Positions 26,634 through 40,342 of a stretch of 64,000 nt of DNA are shown here, piece by piece. The position numbers and the translations under genes are program-made. The DNA comes from Octopus vulgaris (lineage: Eukaryota), in the NCBI GenBank assembly GCA_951406725.2, contig OX597842.1:3534001-3598000 (forward strand), written 5' to 3'. Numbering within the stretch: position 1 is the stretch's first letter; every line of letters starts with the position of its first letter. Under the pieces are notes generated by a model, which searched no databases, had not been told where the DNA came from, and worked only from the letters and a program-made list of their open reading frames with translations.

Positions 26634-27263
26634 AAATGCTTTTTATAAAATTATTTTAGCATTTTCTATCTTGAATCTTTTTTCATATATATATATATAT
26701 ATTATATATTGTTACGCCGCACGCGGCCTCCCGAAACTACCTACAACAAAACAGTCTATGCTCGATAGCTTAAAAGACCGCGTAGGTGAGCTAAGCAAAC
26801 CAGCTTGCTTAGAACGGAAGAAACAGTAGTGAAAGAAGTCAGGAAAGTTGCAAATAACAAGCAAAACCGTTGAGTATAACCAAAATACAAGAACTTTAAT
26901 TAAGAGGCCAATAACATTTATGGAAGAAATAAACAGTTCTTTTGAGAGTTTATAGAGAGTTCTTTCACCCACCTCTGAAATGTGTTGACTCATTTGGTGT
27001 GGTCTGCCCAAACCTATAGTAGAAGACACTTGACCAAGTTGCCACGCAGTGGGACTGGACCCTGACCCATGTGGTTAAGAAGCAGGCCATGTCAGTGCCT
27101 ATATAAAAAGGGTTACCCGTTTACAGCCGAGTAGACTGGAGCGATGCGAAATTAAGTGTTTTGCTCAAGAACACGACGCACCTCCCGCTTTGATAATCGA
27201 ACCAACGATCATTACAGCGTCAATGCACCCTAACCACACGACCACGTGCCTCGTGTGTCTGTC

Positions 27264-27331
<68 letters not shown>

Positions 27332-27378
27332 GTCTATCTCTCCATACGCACACACAGACACACATTTACATACACACA

Positions 27379-27429
<51 letters not shown>

Positions 27430-27484
27430 TCATATACAATGTATTGTTCCATGATATATATATATATGTGTGTGTGTGTTTATT

Positions 27485-27562
<78 letters not shown>

Positions 27563-28375
27563 CACACTCACACACACACAAACATATATATATAATAGAG
27601 AGAGTGAGAGAGAGAGAATGAGATGTATATACTGAGAGAGAGAAGAGACAGAGAGAGTGTCTCCGTATGTAATAATAAATGTCCTTTTTTTTCTTTTTGA
27701 CTGGAGCGGAATTCCTACGAAGTCATCCAAGTGTAGATGATTCGAGGCCTCAGAATGAAGAGAGCAAAGGACAACCCTTCTGTGGCTTCCAAACGGGATT
27801 TCCTGTTAATGAAATACTGCAGTTTGCTGCTGTTGTTCTTGTTGTTGTTGCTATTATTGTTGTTTGTTGTTATAACCAAGATGGCGGCGAAATAAGCAGA
27901 GTCATTGGAATGTCGAACGAAATACCTTCCGGTATTTTCGTTGCGTCACTCCTACGTTGTTTTAAGTTCAACTCGCACCGAGGTCAGCTGTGTATTTCAT
28001 CCGTTGGTGGCCGAGACTATTTAGTAACAGTTATCCATTGGAGGTTGGTGAAATCGCCGTGACACCCTCCACTTCAATTACCGATACAGTATTCTGTAGG
28101 AATCACGCTTAGAACATGGAAAAATATGTGGGCACATATATATGCATATATATAAATACCTGAATATATATATATATATATATATATATCTAAATGTATA
28201 TATTTACATGTATATATGTTTATGTGTGCAACAAGGTTTTTAATAGTAATTGTTAATTACAGGTATTCTGATTTAATGAGGATATTTTAATATTATCTAT
28301 TTAATTACTGGTATAAGTTTAACATTAATAAATGTAAGGATAACGAATATTTAATACGTTTGGAGTGTTTTAATT

Positions 28376-28790
28376 TACTCTTTTACTTGTTTCAGTCATT
28401 TGACTGTGGCCATGCTGAAGCACCGCCTTTAGTCGAGCAAATCGACCCCAGGATTTATTCTTTGTAACCCTAGTACTTGTCTATCGGTTCTTTTGCCGAA
28501 CTGCTAAGTTACGGGGACTTGTACACACCAACATTGGTTGTCAAGCGATGTTGGGGGGACAAACATAGACACACAAATGTATACACACACACACATATAT
28601 ATACATATCTATATACACATATATACGACGGGCTTCTTTCAGTTTTCATCTACCAAATCTACTCGCAAGGCTTTGGTCGGCCCAAGGCTATAGTAGAAGA
28701 CACTTGCCCAAGGTGCCACGCAGTGGGACTGAACCCAGAACCATGTGGTTCGTAAGCAAGCTACATACCACACAGCCACTCCTACGCCTA
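28376..28790 (-). mobile_element. Major CORE-like SINE, full length
   Basis: Reverse complement of 50347-50742. Confidence 0.9.
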
Positions 28791-29766
28791 ATTATTAACT
28801 TTTCGGTTATGAAATAGTGTAATTCACTCAGAATTCGTTATATTGTTAGTTTAGTTCAATCGAATTTGTTTTGTTTTGTAAAGAATAGAATATAAATACT
28901 TTAACTTTTATATGAATAATAACTATGGAAGACTGGTAGGGATATTGTCTGTATGGACTTCGAGGGCTAGGTTGCTGTTTAGATAACTTAGGAGTTTGTT
29001 ATAGGTTTACTTATTGAATTAATTTTCCGATACTGTTTTTGTACATAGAGTAAATGTGTTTTATTGTTGTAGCTTAATTAGTGTTAGTGTTTAATCCTCC
29101 CGAGAATTAAGAATGAATGAATGTGGTGATATTTAAGGTATGTTTGTTCCCAAACAACACTTATTTTATTGCTGTAGACACCGCCGGATTGAATGGTACT
29201 GTCCAGGTGTCAAAACCATAATGATATCCGTGGGGCAGCTGACGATGGAGGTATGTTGGATTGTTGGTATGGCTATTATTGCATTTGTATATATGTATAT
29301 ATATACATATATATATACGCGTACAAGATTCTTTATCTGAACTCGTGTGTTGAACTCGTGTGGTGTGTATGTGTGTAATACAGAAATAGAACGTGCGTGT
29401 ATGTGTGAGTATTACACACACAGACATATGTATACACACATATACATTGCATCTGAAGCTGGTTGTTGCTTAATCAGATTTATGTTGGATAATAAACAGA
29501 CCTATAATCAAAGATATTCCATCTGTGACCATCCCGTCCATTTTATTTTTAATGTAATGCATTTAGGACTACAGTATCAAATGTATAGTACATGGTTAGT
29601 ATTAGTGGTTATAGTTGCTGTTGTTGTTTAGCCCCAGGTCAGTTCTGAATTAGCAGGGCTATGATCAAAGATATTCCAGTTGTGACCATCTCATCTTTTA
29701 TTTAGACATAGTGTATCTAGGACTACATCAGCTAGTAGTTAGCATTAGGAGTTTGGGGATAGTGTA

Positions 29767-30725
29767 TAGCTTAGTGGTTACGGTGTTGGACTCATGATTG
29801 TAAGTTTGTGGTTTCAATTCCTGGACCAGGCAATACATTGTGTTCTTGAGCAAAACACTTCATTTCACTCCAGAAACAGTCTCTCTTTAATGCCTGGATG
29901 TGAAGGTTCATGGCTTAGTGGTTAGGGTGTTGGGCTCATGATTGTAAGATTGTGGTTTCAACTCCTGGACCAGCAATACATTGTGTTCTTGAGCAAAACA
30001 CTTCATTTTACTCCAGAAACAGACTCTTTAAATGCCTGGATGTAAAGGTGCATGGCTTAGTGGTTAGGGTGTTGGAATCATGATTGTAAGATTGTGGTTT
30101 CAATTCCTGGATCAGGCAATACATTGTGTTCTTGAGCAAAACACTTCATTTCACTCCAGAAACAGACTCCCTTAAATGCCTGGATGTGAAGGTTCATGGC
30201 TTAGTGGTTAGGGTGTTGGATTCATGATTGTAAGATTGTGGTTTCAATTCCTGGACCAGGCAATACATTGTGTTCTTGAGCAAAACACTTCATTTCACTC
30301 CAGAAACAGACTCTCTTAAATGCCTGGATGTGAAGGTGCATGGCTTAGTGGTTAGGGTGTTGGACTCACGATTGTAAGATTGTGGTTTCAATTCCTGAAC
30401 TAGGCAATATATTGTGTTCTTGAGCAAAACACTTCATTTCACTCCAGAAACAGACTCCCTTAAATGCCTGGATGTGAAGGTTCATGGCTTAGTGGTTAGG
30501 GTGTTGGACTCATGATTGTAAGATTATGGTTTCAATTCCTGGATCAGGCAATACACTATGTTCTTGAGCAAAACACTTCATTTCATGTTGCTCCAGTCCA
30601 CTCAGCGGGTAAAAATGAATGATCCTGCAACGGTGCCGCATTTCGCCCGGTGGGGGATGTATATATACGCCCTAGGATCCGGAAAAAAGGCCTCATCAGC
30701 CTAAGGTTTTCGAACGCTTTTTAAA
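29767..30725 (+). repeat. Tandem array of six ~144-bp units containing a tRNA-SINE head; the last unit runs on into the SINE body
   Basis: A-box starts at 29767, 29911, 30053, 30197, 30341, 30485; B-like box ggtttcaa(t/c)tcc in each unit. Confidence 0.95.
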
Positions 30726-30957
30726 CGACTCTTTTCTTACATTTGGTGGTCTTGTCAACTTATTGTATTTCGCTGTTGTAGTTGTTGTTGTTATTGTTGT
30801 TGTTGTTGTTGTCACCGTTGTTGTTCTTGTTGCTGTTATGGCTGTTACCGTTTGTCCTTGATGTTTTTTTAAAACTTGTGTTTGTCTCATTCTTTTCAAT
30901 TGGTGTTATTGCTTTTGTTATTGTCAGTCTCCAAACAGGGGCGCGTGTACATGTATG

Positions 30958-31005
<48 letters not shown>

Positions 31006-31518
31006 GTGTGCGTGTTTGTGTGTAGTCACTATACATGTATGTTTATGTAAATATGTGTATATATATATGTGCGAATGTGCATGTATGTATGCGTGTTTGT
31101 GTATGTATGTGTCTGTGTACTCATTTACACATACATGTATGTGTATATATCTGTATATGTTTATATATGTCTATGTGTATGTACATGTATGTGTACGTAT
31201 GCATATATATGTATATATATACGTACATATATGAGTGCAAAATAGTGTATAAGTGTGTGTGTGTATATAATTATATCTGTATTTGTATCTGTGCGTAAGC
31301 ATGAGAATAATTATATGTATATATGTATGTACATGCGTCAAAATTTGTATATGCGTTTGTGTGTATAGATATGTGTGTATAGATGTGTGTGTATAGATGT
31401 GTGTGTACTTGTGTGTATGCCTTGTGTTTATGTATGTTCATTTACATGTGTTTGGTTGTGTATTATGTGTGTGCATTTGCGTGAGTCTGTGTTTGTTTGT
31501 AAGTGTAAATGTGTGTGA

Positions 31519-31574
31519 CAGGAAGTGATAATTTAATTCAGCTTCCGGCGTTTCTGTCCACGGTCCGCCATCTT
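31519..31574. promoter_or_regulatory. ETS + ETS + YY1 motif island
   Basis: caggaagtg at 31519, cttccgg at 31542, ccgccatctt at 31565. Confidence 0.3.
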
Positions 31575-31984
31575 GTGTCTGTCCGATAGGATCAGTTTAA
31601 AGAGAATAAGACGAGGCAGGGGGTAAGATAGGGATTGAAATGAAACGGTGGGGATAGGGAGGAGCAGTTTGTACGTCTTACACTGCCCCCTGGGGATTAA
31701 GTGAACTGACCAACAACGTATGGCATCTTATAACGGAAGATATAGGGGTTTTTTTGGTGGATGGGGGAGTTTGTGTAGAAGATGATGACGAGGCCATCTA
31801 AAGAATTACGATGATGTCGTCTATGTGGTTGTTCTTTGTATGTATATATGTATATATGAATGTATGTGTCAGTGTGTGTATGTGTCTGTATGTGTCTGTA
31901 TGTCTGTATGTATATATGTATATATGAATGTATGTATGTGTCAGTGTCTGTATGTGTCTGTATGTATGTTTGAATGTATGTATG

Positions 31985-32015
<31 letters not shown>

Positions 32016-32734
32016 TTATGTATGTATGTATGTATGTATGTATTTATGTATGTATGTATGTATGTATGTATGTATGTATGTATATATGAATGTAGGTATG
32101 TGTCAGTGTCTGTATGTGTCTGTATGTATGTTTGTATGTATATATGTATGTATGTATGTATGTATGTGTGCCTGTACGTATGTATATATGTGTGATTGTA
32201 TGCATGTATATATGCATATGTGCATGTCTGTGTGTATGTATGTAAGTATATGTATGTGTGCACTATGGATGTATGTATGTGTGCATGTATGGATGTTTGT
32301 ATGTATGTATATAAGTATGCATATATGTATGTACATATGTATGTAAGTATGTATCTAGGTATGTATGTATATTTATCTATGTATATGTATGTACCGATAT
32401 ATGTGCACATGCATACAAGAGTATATAAAACAACATACTTGTATATATGCATGAATGTGTATATGTATGCCTATATGCATGTCTCTGTATAACTACGTAT
32501 GCATGAGTTTGTATATATGTGTGTGCGTATGTATACATGCGACTACACATAATAAAATGCATGTGTATATGCATTTATGTACGCATTTGTCTGAATGTAA
32601 ATGTACCTATGTCTGTATTCTATGTATGTATGTATGTGTGTATATATGTGTATGGTCTATGTATACATGAAATTACATGTAATGCATGTGTATACGTCTT
32701 AATGTATGCATCTGTGTGAATGTAAATGTATGTC

Positions 32735-33303
32735 ATTATTCAGTTTGTTTCAAACTTTCTTGCTGGTTTCTAACCCAGATCCCAGTCTTCTTCATTGTAA
32801 TTTCAACATCAACAACAGAGTATTTTTGTATGTATGTATATGTGAAGATTTGTATGTTTTATGTATGTATTCTCATGCATATAGTTGCATATCTAGATAT
32901 GCTCATAAATATCTAAATGATAAACTTCTGGAAAGTTTTACAGATTTTTACAGTTCCAGTGATGGCTTGGATCTCTAGTCTTCGAATCAGCTTTCTCCTA
33001 TCTGGTTTCGAGAAGCCTAATTTCTCAAGATTGGTACTTAGGCAGTATGTTACATATTCCAGTGCCCCAATAATTACATGTACAAACATGAACTTGTAAT
33101 CTGGATAGAGTAACTGCAGATTTCTCAAGAGTTCAGCATAGGTGTTCTCTTTTCCACTAATATTCAGCTTTATGTTAGCATCAACTGGGCAGCTAATTTC
33201 CACAACTGGGCACAGTTTCTCTTCTCTATCCCAAATCATTATGTCAGGTATGTCGTGCTTACATTTTATTGAGGTTTTCACTGGGACATTCGACCAGTAT
33301 TCC
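32735..33303 (-). mobile_element. 5'-truncated RLE non-LTR retrotransposon (R4-like) with an open endonuclease C-terminus, in (TACA)n
   Basis: KEYWSNVPVKTSIKCKHDIPDIMIWDREEKLCPVVEISCP...KENTY...IIGAL...GTVKICKTFQKFII* carries the PD-(D/E)xK RLE motifs; 3' UTR ends ...aactgaataatga-catacat. Confidence 0.9.
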
Positions 33304-33576
33304 TTTTGTGTGTATGTACGTATGTATGTGTGTTTGTATGTATGTATGTATGTATGTGTGTGTGTATGTATGTATGTATGTATGTATGTATGTACGAATG
33401 TATGTATGTATGTATGTATGTATGTATGTATGTATGTATGTATGTATGTATGTATGTACGTACGTATGTATGTACGTACGTATGTATGTAGGTACGTATG
33501 TATGTATGTATTTATGTATGTATGTATGCATGTATGTATGTATGCATGTATGTATGTACGAATGTATGTATATATG

Positions 33577-33608
<32 letters not shown>

Positions 33609-33964
33609 TGTATGTATGTATGTATGCATGTATGTATGTGTGTGTATGTATGTACGAATGTATGTATGTATGCATGCATGTTTGTAGAATTGTATGTAAG
33701 ACCGTACATTGCACATCAGCAAATAGGGTCCACTATATATATATATATAAATATATACTCTTTCTTGTGTCAGTTGTCAGACTGCGACCATGCTGGGGCT
33801 CCGCCTCGAAGACCTTTCTAGTCGAAAGAATCAACCCCAGGACATTTTATTTTAAGCCTGAAACTTATTGCATCGGTCTATTTTACCGAATCGCTAAGTT
33901 AGCGAAACGTGAACATACCAGCGCCGGTTGTGAAGCAGTAATTGTAGTAATAGTAGTAGTGGCG

Positions 33965-34034
<70 letters not shown>

Positions 34035-34488
34035 AGGCGATGTTGCTGGAGGTGGTGGAAGTAGTAATAGTAGTAGTAGTAGTCGTAGTAGTAGTAGTGA
34101 CAGTGGTAGTAGTAGTAGTAGTAGTAGTAACCCTCGACGTCCCTTAATTTAAAACATGTTTCGCCGCTCCATCACAGGAATTTGTCAAAGACCTCCACAT
34201 CCGATAGGTCCACAGGCTCACCCCCCCCCCACTGCTCCTTCTTCCTTTACCACGCCACATCTCTCTCTCTCTCTCTTCCTCTCCCTCACAGACTCTACCC
34301 TCCTTCTCCTCCTCGTGGTTATTTCTCATGGGTGTATGGCGTGGATGGATGGCGGTAGGACGGACGGTGTCAGTGGAGATGGGTCGAGAAAGGGCTTCCG
34401 AAGACCCTGCTATGAAACGGTCTTCGACTGTGGCGTGGAATGGAAACTCGGCACCTCCTTTGGAACTTTGCTGCTGCTGCTGCTGCTG

Positions 34489-34519
<31 letters not shown>

Positions 34520-35218
34520 CACTACTACAAGAGCCACAACCACTACCACAAATACCACTGCTACTACAACTACTACCACCATCACCACCACAGGCATCAT
34601 TCATCTATTATTACTACCAACAACATCACCACTACTGTCACCACCACCATTACTACCATCTCCACCACCACTTCTACAACCACTGTATCGCCACCGCCAC
34701 TACTATTACTACTACTACTACTACTACTACTACCATTATTACCATCACCAAAAACACCACCGCTAGAACAACCACTGCTATCGCCATTTCTACTACAACT
34801 ACTACTACTACTACTACTACTACTGTTACTACTACTACTGGGTCACCAACAATTCCACCACTATCAGCACCACTACAACAATCACCTCAACTACTACCAC
34901 TGCATCCACCGCCGCTACAACCGCCACTACTACTATTACCATTACCAACAACAACACCACTACCACCACTACCAACACCACCATCAGCATCATCCGCACC
35001 ACCACCACTGCCTCCAGTACTACACCATCCTCTATTGCCTCCAACCTCTACAAAAGTAATTACTTCGGCAACTAATCTTATGGTTATTATTATCATGATT
35101 ACAGAAAGGATTACACCCCAGTTGTTCAACACCCCAGTTGTTCAACACCCCACTTGTCCCTTATATTCTATCGTCCCCATTTGTTTTGTGTTTGGCCCTT
35201 GTGGCCAATAACAGAAAG

Positions 35219-35282
<64 letters not shown>

Positions 35283-35388
35283 TGACTATCAGTTAAACAC
35301 TGGGGTCGATGTAATCGACTCATCCCTTCCCCGAAAATGGTGGTCCTTGTGGCAAAAATTGAAACCATCATCATCATTGTCATCATTA

Positions 35389-35670
35389 ATTTTTTTTTTG
35401 TTTGTTCTTTTCCTTCTTTCTTCAAATTTTCTTCCGTTTCTCGCCGGGTGTTTTCCATACACCTAGGGCAGAGAAGCTCATTGCATGCATTCCCAGATTA
35501 CACATGCAGATTCACAGGTAAATATGTATTTAAAAATTAATGAATAAATAAATTTATGAATGGATGTTGTTTTGACAGCGATAATGCTCTTCTCAGTACA
35601 TGAGCCATTCCAATTAACACGATTTTTTGCACTTCCTGTAGGGATGGTAAGTCTGGTATCATTTTCAAAT
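35389..35670 (-). mobile_element. Dong/R4-like LINE 3' end, copy 1
   Basis: LKMIPDLPSLQEVQKIVLIGMAHVLRRALSL matches the QKxxLxGTAHILR motif; 3' UTR with ccctagg; A-rich tail. Confidence 0.8.
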
Positions 35671-35732
35671 AGTACTACTACTACAACTACAACTATTATT
35701 ATTATTGTTATTATTATTATTATTATTATTAC

Positions 35733-36010
35733 TTTTTTTTTTCTTCTTTCAAATTTGCTTTCATTTCTTGCCGAGTGTCTTCCCGACTCCTAGGGCAAAG
35801 AAACTCATAGTATACATTGGTAGGCCATTAAACCAAACTCAATAGTTCGTTCTTTTTTTTTTTTTTTTTTTTCTAAGTTAAATTAAAATACATGAGCAGC
35901 AACAGTTCTCACATCGACAATGCTCTTCTCAATACGTGTGATGTACCAGTTAAGACAATCTTTTGCACTTCTTGCAGGGATGGTAAGCCAGGGATCATTC
36001 TCATATAATT
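35733..36010 (-). mobile_element. Dong/R4-like LINE 3' end, copy 2, in (TAA)n
   Basis: YMRMIPGLPSLQEVQKIVLTGTSHVLRRALSM*; poly-A then (TAA)n. Confidence 0.85.
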
Positions 36011-36025
36011 TTTCTTCTTCTTCTT

Positions 36026-36087
<62 letters not shown>

Positions 36088-36141
36088 CATTATTACTATT
36101 ATTATTATCATCATCATTATTAATATCATTATTATTATTAT

Positions 36142-36698
36142 TGAGTGAGAGAGCAGTTCATGCCATCAAAGTGACACTGGGGTAAAATATACGAAGCCCA
36201 ATATACCCATCATGACTACCCGTCTGATAAAGGTACACCAGGCACATGCATCACAACCATATGTGCGCGACATGGTGATCTCATATCAAGATAAACAGCA
36301 CATGACCTTGCAGGTGGGGCCCAGTTAGAATTTTCTTCAGGTTGAGTAGCCCATCCCGCTCAAACGGTCCCTGAATAAGGGTTGTTTAAGGATGTTGAAA
36401 GAACCACCCATGTTTCCAGAGGTGAACTATTCAAACCCCAAAGAATCCCTCTCAACACATGGCTATGATGCTCCCCCACTACTTCTGCTCGTGATCAGAG
36501 ATGCACATATCGTCAGCCACTTGGGGACATGCTCAACTGGTTATGGTCAAACAACTGACAAGCAAATCTGTGGTATTGAGCAGAATATTTGCTGTAGCCC
36601 ATCTTTTATACCAAGACAAAACAATGTACATGATAACACTTCCAATCAGTTAAGATCAGAAGCCATGAGAGCCACTACCTGGTACTGCATCAGGGCAT
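36142..36698 (-). mobile_element. Second copy of the ~560-bp AAT-flanked element
   Basis: Reverse complement of 9994-10553. Confidence 0.85.
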
Positions 36699-37800
36699 AG
36701 CCACTGCCTGGTACTGCATCAGGGCATAGCCACTGCCTGGTACTGCATCAGGGCATAGCCACTGCCTGGTACTGCATCAGGGCATAGCCACTGCCTGGTA
36801 CTGCATCAGGGCATAGCCACTGCCTGGTACTGCATCAGGGCATAGCCACTACCTGGTACTGCATCAGGGCATAGCCACTGCCTGGTACTGCATCAGGGCA
36901 TAGCCACTGCCTGGTACTGCATCAGGGCATAGCCACTGCCTGGTACTGCATCAGGGCATAGCCACTGCCTGGTACTGCATCAGGGCATAGCCACTGCCTG
37001 GTACTGCATCAGGGCATAGCCACTGCCTGGTACTGCATCAGGGCATAGCCACTGCCTGGTACTGCATCAGGGCATAGCCACTGCCTGGTACTGCATCAGG
37101 GCATAGCCACTGCCTGGTACTGCATCAGGGCATAGCCACTGCCTGGTACTGCATCAGGGCATAGCCACTGCCTGGTACTGCATCAGGGCATAGCCACTGC
37201 CTGGTACTGCATCAGGGCATAGCCACTGCCTGGTACTGCATCAGGGCATAGCCACTGCCTGGTACTGCATCAGGGCATAGCCACTGCCTGGTACTGCATC
37301 AGGGCATAGCCACTGCCTGGTACTGCATCAGGGCATAGCCACTGCCTGGTACTGCATCAGGGCATAGCCACTGCCTGGTACTGCATCAGGGCATAGCCAC
37401 TGCCTGGTACTGCATCAGGGCATAGCCACTGCCTGGTACTGCATCAGGGCATAGCCACTGCCTGGTACTGCATCAGGGCATAGCCACTGCCTGGTACTGC
37501 ATCAGGGCATAGCCACTGCCTGGTACTGCATCAGGGCATAGCCACTGCCTGGTACTGCATCAGGGCATAGCCACTGCCTGGTACTGCATCAGGGCATAGC
37601 CACTGCCTGGTACTGCATCAGGGCATAGCCACTGCCTGGTACTGCATCAGGGCATAGCCACTGCCTGGTACTGCATCAGGGCATAGCCACTGCCTGGTAC
37701 TGCATCAGGGCATAGCCACTGCCTGGTACTGCATCAGGGCATAGCCACTACCTGGTACTGCATCAGGGCATAGCCACTGCCTGGTACTGCATCAGGGCAT
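36670..37800 (+). repeat. Near-perfect minisatellite, 39 x 29 bp (agccactgcctggtactgcatcagggcat)
   Basis: 1131 bp / 29 = 39; only occasional G>A variants (actacct). Confidence 0.97.
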
Positions 37801-38442
37801 CGCCACTGCCTGGTACTGCAAGCCACTGCCTGGTACTGCAAGCCACTGCCTGGTACTGCAAGCCACTGCCTGGTACTGCATCATCCACTGCCTGGTACTG
37901 CAAGCCACTGCCTTGTACTGCATGCCACTGCCTGGTACTGCAAGCCACTGCCTGGTACTGCATCATCCACTGCCTGGTACTGCAAGCCACTGCCTGGCAC
38001 TGCATCATTCACTGTCTGGTACTGCAAGCCACTGCCTGGTACTGCAAGCCACTGCCTGGTAGTGCAAGCCACTGCCTGGTACTGCAAGCCACTGCCTGGT
38101 ACTGCAAGCCACTGCCTGGTACTGCAAGCCACTGCCTGGTACTGCAAGCCACTGCCTGGTACTGCATCATCCACTGCCTGGTACTGCAAGCCACTGCCTG
38201 GTACTGCAAGCCACTGCCTGGTACTGCATCATCCACTGCCTGGTACTGCAAGGCACTGCCTGGTACTGCAAGCCACTGCCTGGTACTGCAAGCCACTGCC
38301 TGGTACTGCAAGCCACTGCCTGGTACTGCAAGCCACTGCCTGGTACTGCATCATCCACTGCCTGGTACTGCAAGCCACTGCCTGGTACTGCAAGCCACTG
38401 CCTGGTACTGCAAGCCACTGCCTGGTACTGCAGCCACTGCCT
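37801..38442 (+). repeat. Derived minisatellite of mixed 20-bp and 22-bp units (about 30 copies)
   Basis: ccactgcctggtactgcaag interspersed with ccactgcctggtactgcatcat. Confidence 0.95.
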
Positions 38443-39774
38443 GTTGTTGTTGTTGTTGTTGTTGTTGTTATTATTATTAATTTTCATATACACACAACAG
38501 ATTACACTGTTGGAAAAGAAGACATCCTAGCATCGGGCGACTAAAAGTTACCTTAGAACACTTGGATGTGGGGGTGATGGTGGTGGCGACGGTGATGTTG
38601 GTGATGATGATGATGATGATGATGAGGAGGAGGAGGAGGAGGATGGTAGTGGTGGTTATGGTGGTGATGATATTGGTGGTGGTGGTCGTCGTCGTCGTGG
38701 CGGTGATGATGATAATGATGATGATGGTGGTGGTGTTGTGGTGATGATGATGATGATTTCTATATTTGTCACAAAGGTGACGGATGAAGGGGACACGATA
38801 GAAACAATAAAGACAAAATGACATAACAAAGTCCCCCAACCACCAGAGTTCCATCATTATAAGACCACCACCACCACCACCACCACACCAGAAACACAGC
38901 CACCACCACCACCACCAACACAACCACCACCACCACAACCAAAAACACAGCCACTACCACCACCACACCACAACCAGAACCACAACCACCACCAACACCA
39001 CCACCACCACCCCAGAACCAGAACTACAACCACCACCACCACCGCCACCACCACCAACAACAACAACACCACCATCATCACCACCACCAGAAACACAGCC
39101 ACCACCACCATAACTAGAAACACAGCTACCACTGCCACTACCTCCACCACCACAACCATCACGCCAGCCACTACAACGGCAATCAGAATGCCATGCCGCA
39201 ATGGGACAAGGGCCAAAGGTGATATAATACCGTTTGACACACAGGGACACACAGACACCCGTGTGGCGAGCAAGGAGAGGGGAATATGAGGGGGTGCTGA
39301 AAAGACTCATCCGCAGACACAAAGACAGGCATAATTAGTTGTATGGTTAAGAAGCTCGCTTCCCAAATACAGAATTCCGGGTTCAGTCCCACAGCATGGC
39401 AGCTTCGGCAAGTATCTTCTACTATAGCTCCAGGATGACCAAAGCTTCGTAAGCAGACTTGATAAAGGGAAACTGAAAGAAGCCCGTCGTATATCTATTC
39501 AATGTGTATATATACACTCTTTTACTTTTTTACTTGTTTCAGTCATTTGACTGCGACCATGCTGGAGCACTGCCTTTTAATTAAGAAATACACCCCAATA
39601 TTTGTCTTTTGTAAGCCTGGTACTTATTCTATCGTCCTCTATTGCCGAACCGCTAAGTTACGGGGACGTAGACACAACCAGCACCGGTTGTCAAGCGATG
39701 GTGGGGGAGACAAACACAGGCACAAAGGCAAATACATAAATACGCACCCACACACACACCCACACACCCACACA

Positions 39775-40070
39775 TCTCTCCTACACACACATGGATTACA
39801 CTGGACACTTCCGTTGATGAGACATCGCACCAATACACCACGACATTTGAACCTTTTGAACTTTTCTGAACTTATTTTGTACTTTCTGCTTTTAAACCTT
39901 TTTTATTTTCCCTTTCTGTGTTTACTTCGGTGTTCCTTTCTATTGAAGAGCGCAGGCTCGAAACGTAGAGGACTTTCTCACTTCCCGAACGTTAAACTGA
40001 TACATCTGTTTATTGTCTACACACCCGTCTTCGTCTTTTGCTTTGTTTTCTTTGTAAGTTCCAATTATAT
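39775..40070 (+). mobile_element. PLE-like family E 3' fragment with hammerhead motif at 39932-39973
   Basis: TTGAAGAGC gcag GCTC-GAAA-CG-TA-gagga; upstream LMRHRTNTPRHLN loosely resembles the GIY-YIG C-terminal T..P.GLN; related tail at 24350-24410. Confidence 0.55.
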
Positions 40071-40084
40071 ATATATATAATTCC

Positions 40085-40143
<59 letters not shown>

Positions 40144-40292
40144 TATATATATTGCAAGCTTATTCTAGCAACTGCGACGTACACCACTGAGGATGAGCAA
40201 AATAGCTCTAAATCATACACGAGTAAATATGGTATGTATACATGTGAGAGTGTGTGTGCGTATGTAATAGTTTGTTATGGACTTCATATACA

Positions 40293-40342
<50 letters not shown>

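Noticed and set aside
26709-26960. Possible solo-LTR fragment (minus strand ends ggcgtaaca)
   Set aside because: No second LTR, TSD or PBS/PPT visible
27876-27890. YY1 motif caagatggcggc
   Set aside because: The ggcggcg part is the first bases of a decayed Meta-type SINE
29767-30590. tRNA gene cluster
   Set aside because: Units lack a proper acceptor stem and continue into SINE body sequence
34156-35211. 351-aa proline/threonine-rich ORF
   Set aside because: Mostly CTA/CCA repeats; unique parts show no recognisable protein or clear splice signals
36670-38442. CRISPR-like array of 29-bp repeats and the QYQAVACSTRQW ORFs
   Set aside because: No unique spacers, no cas genes, eukaryotic context; the ORFs are repeat translations
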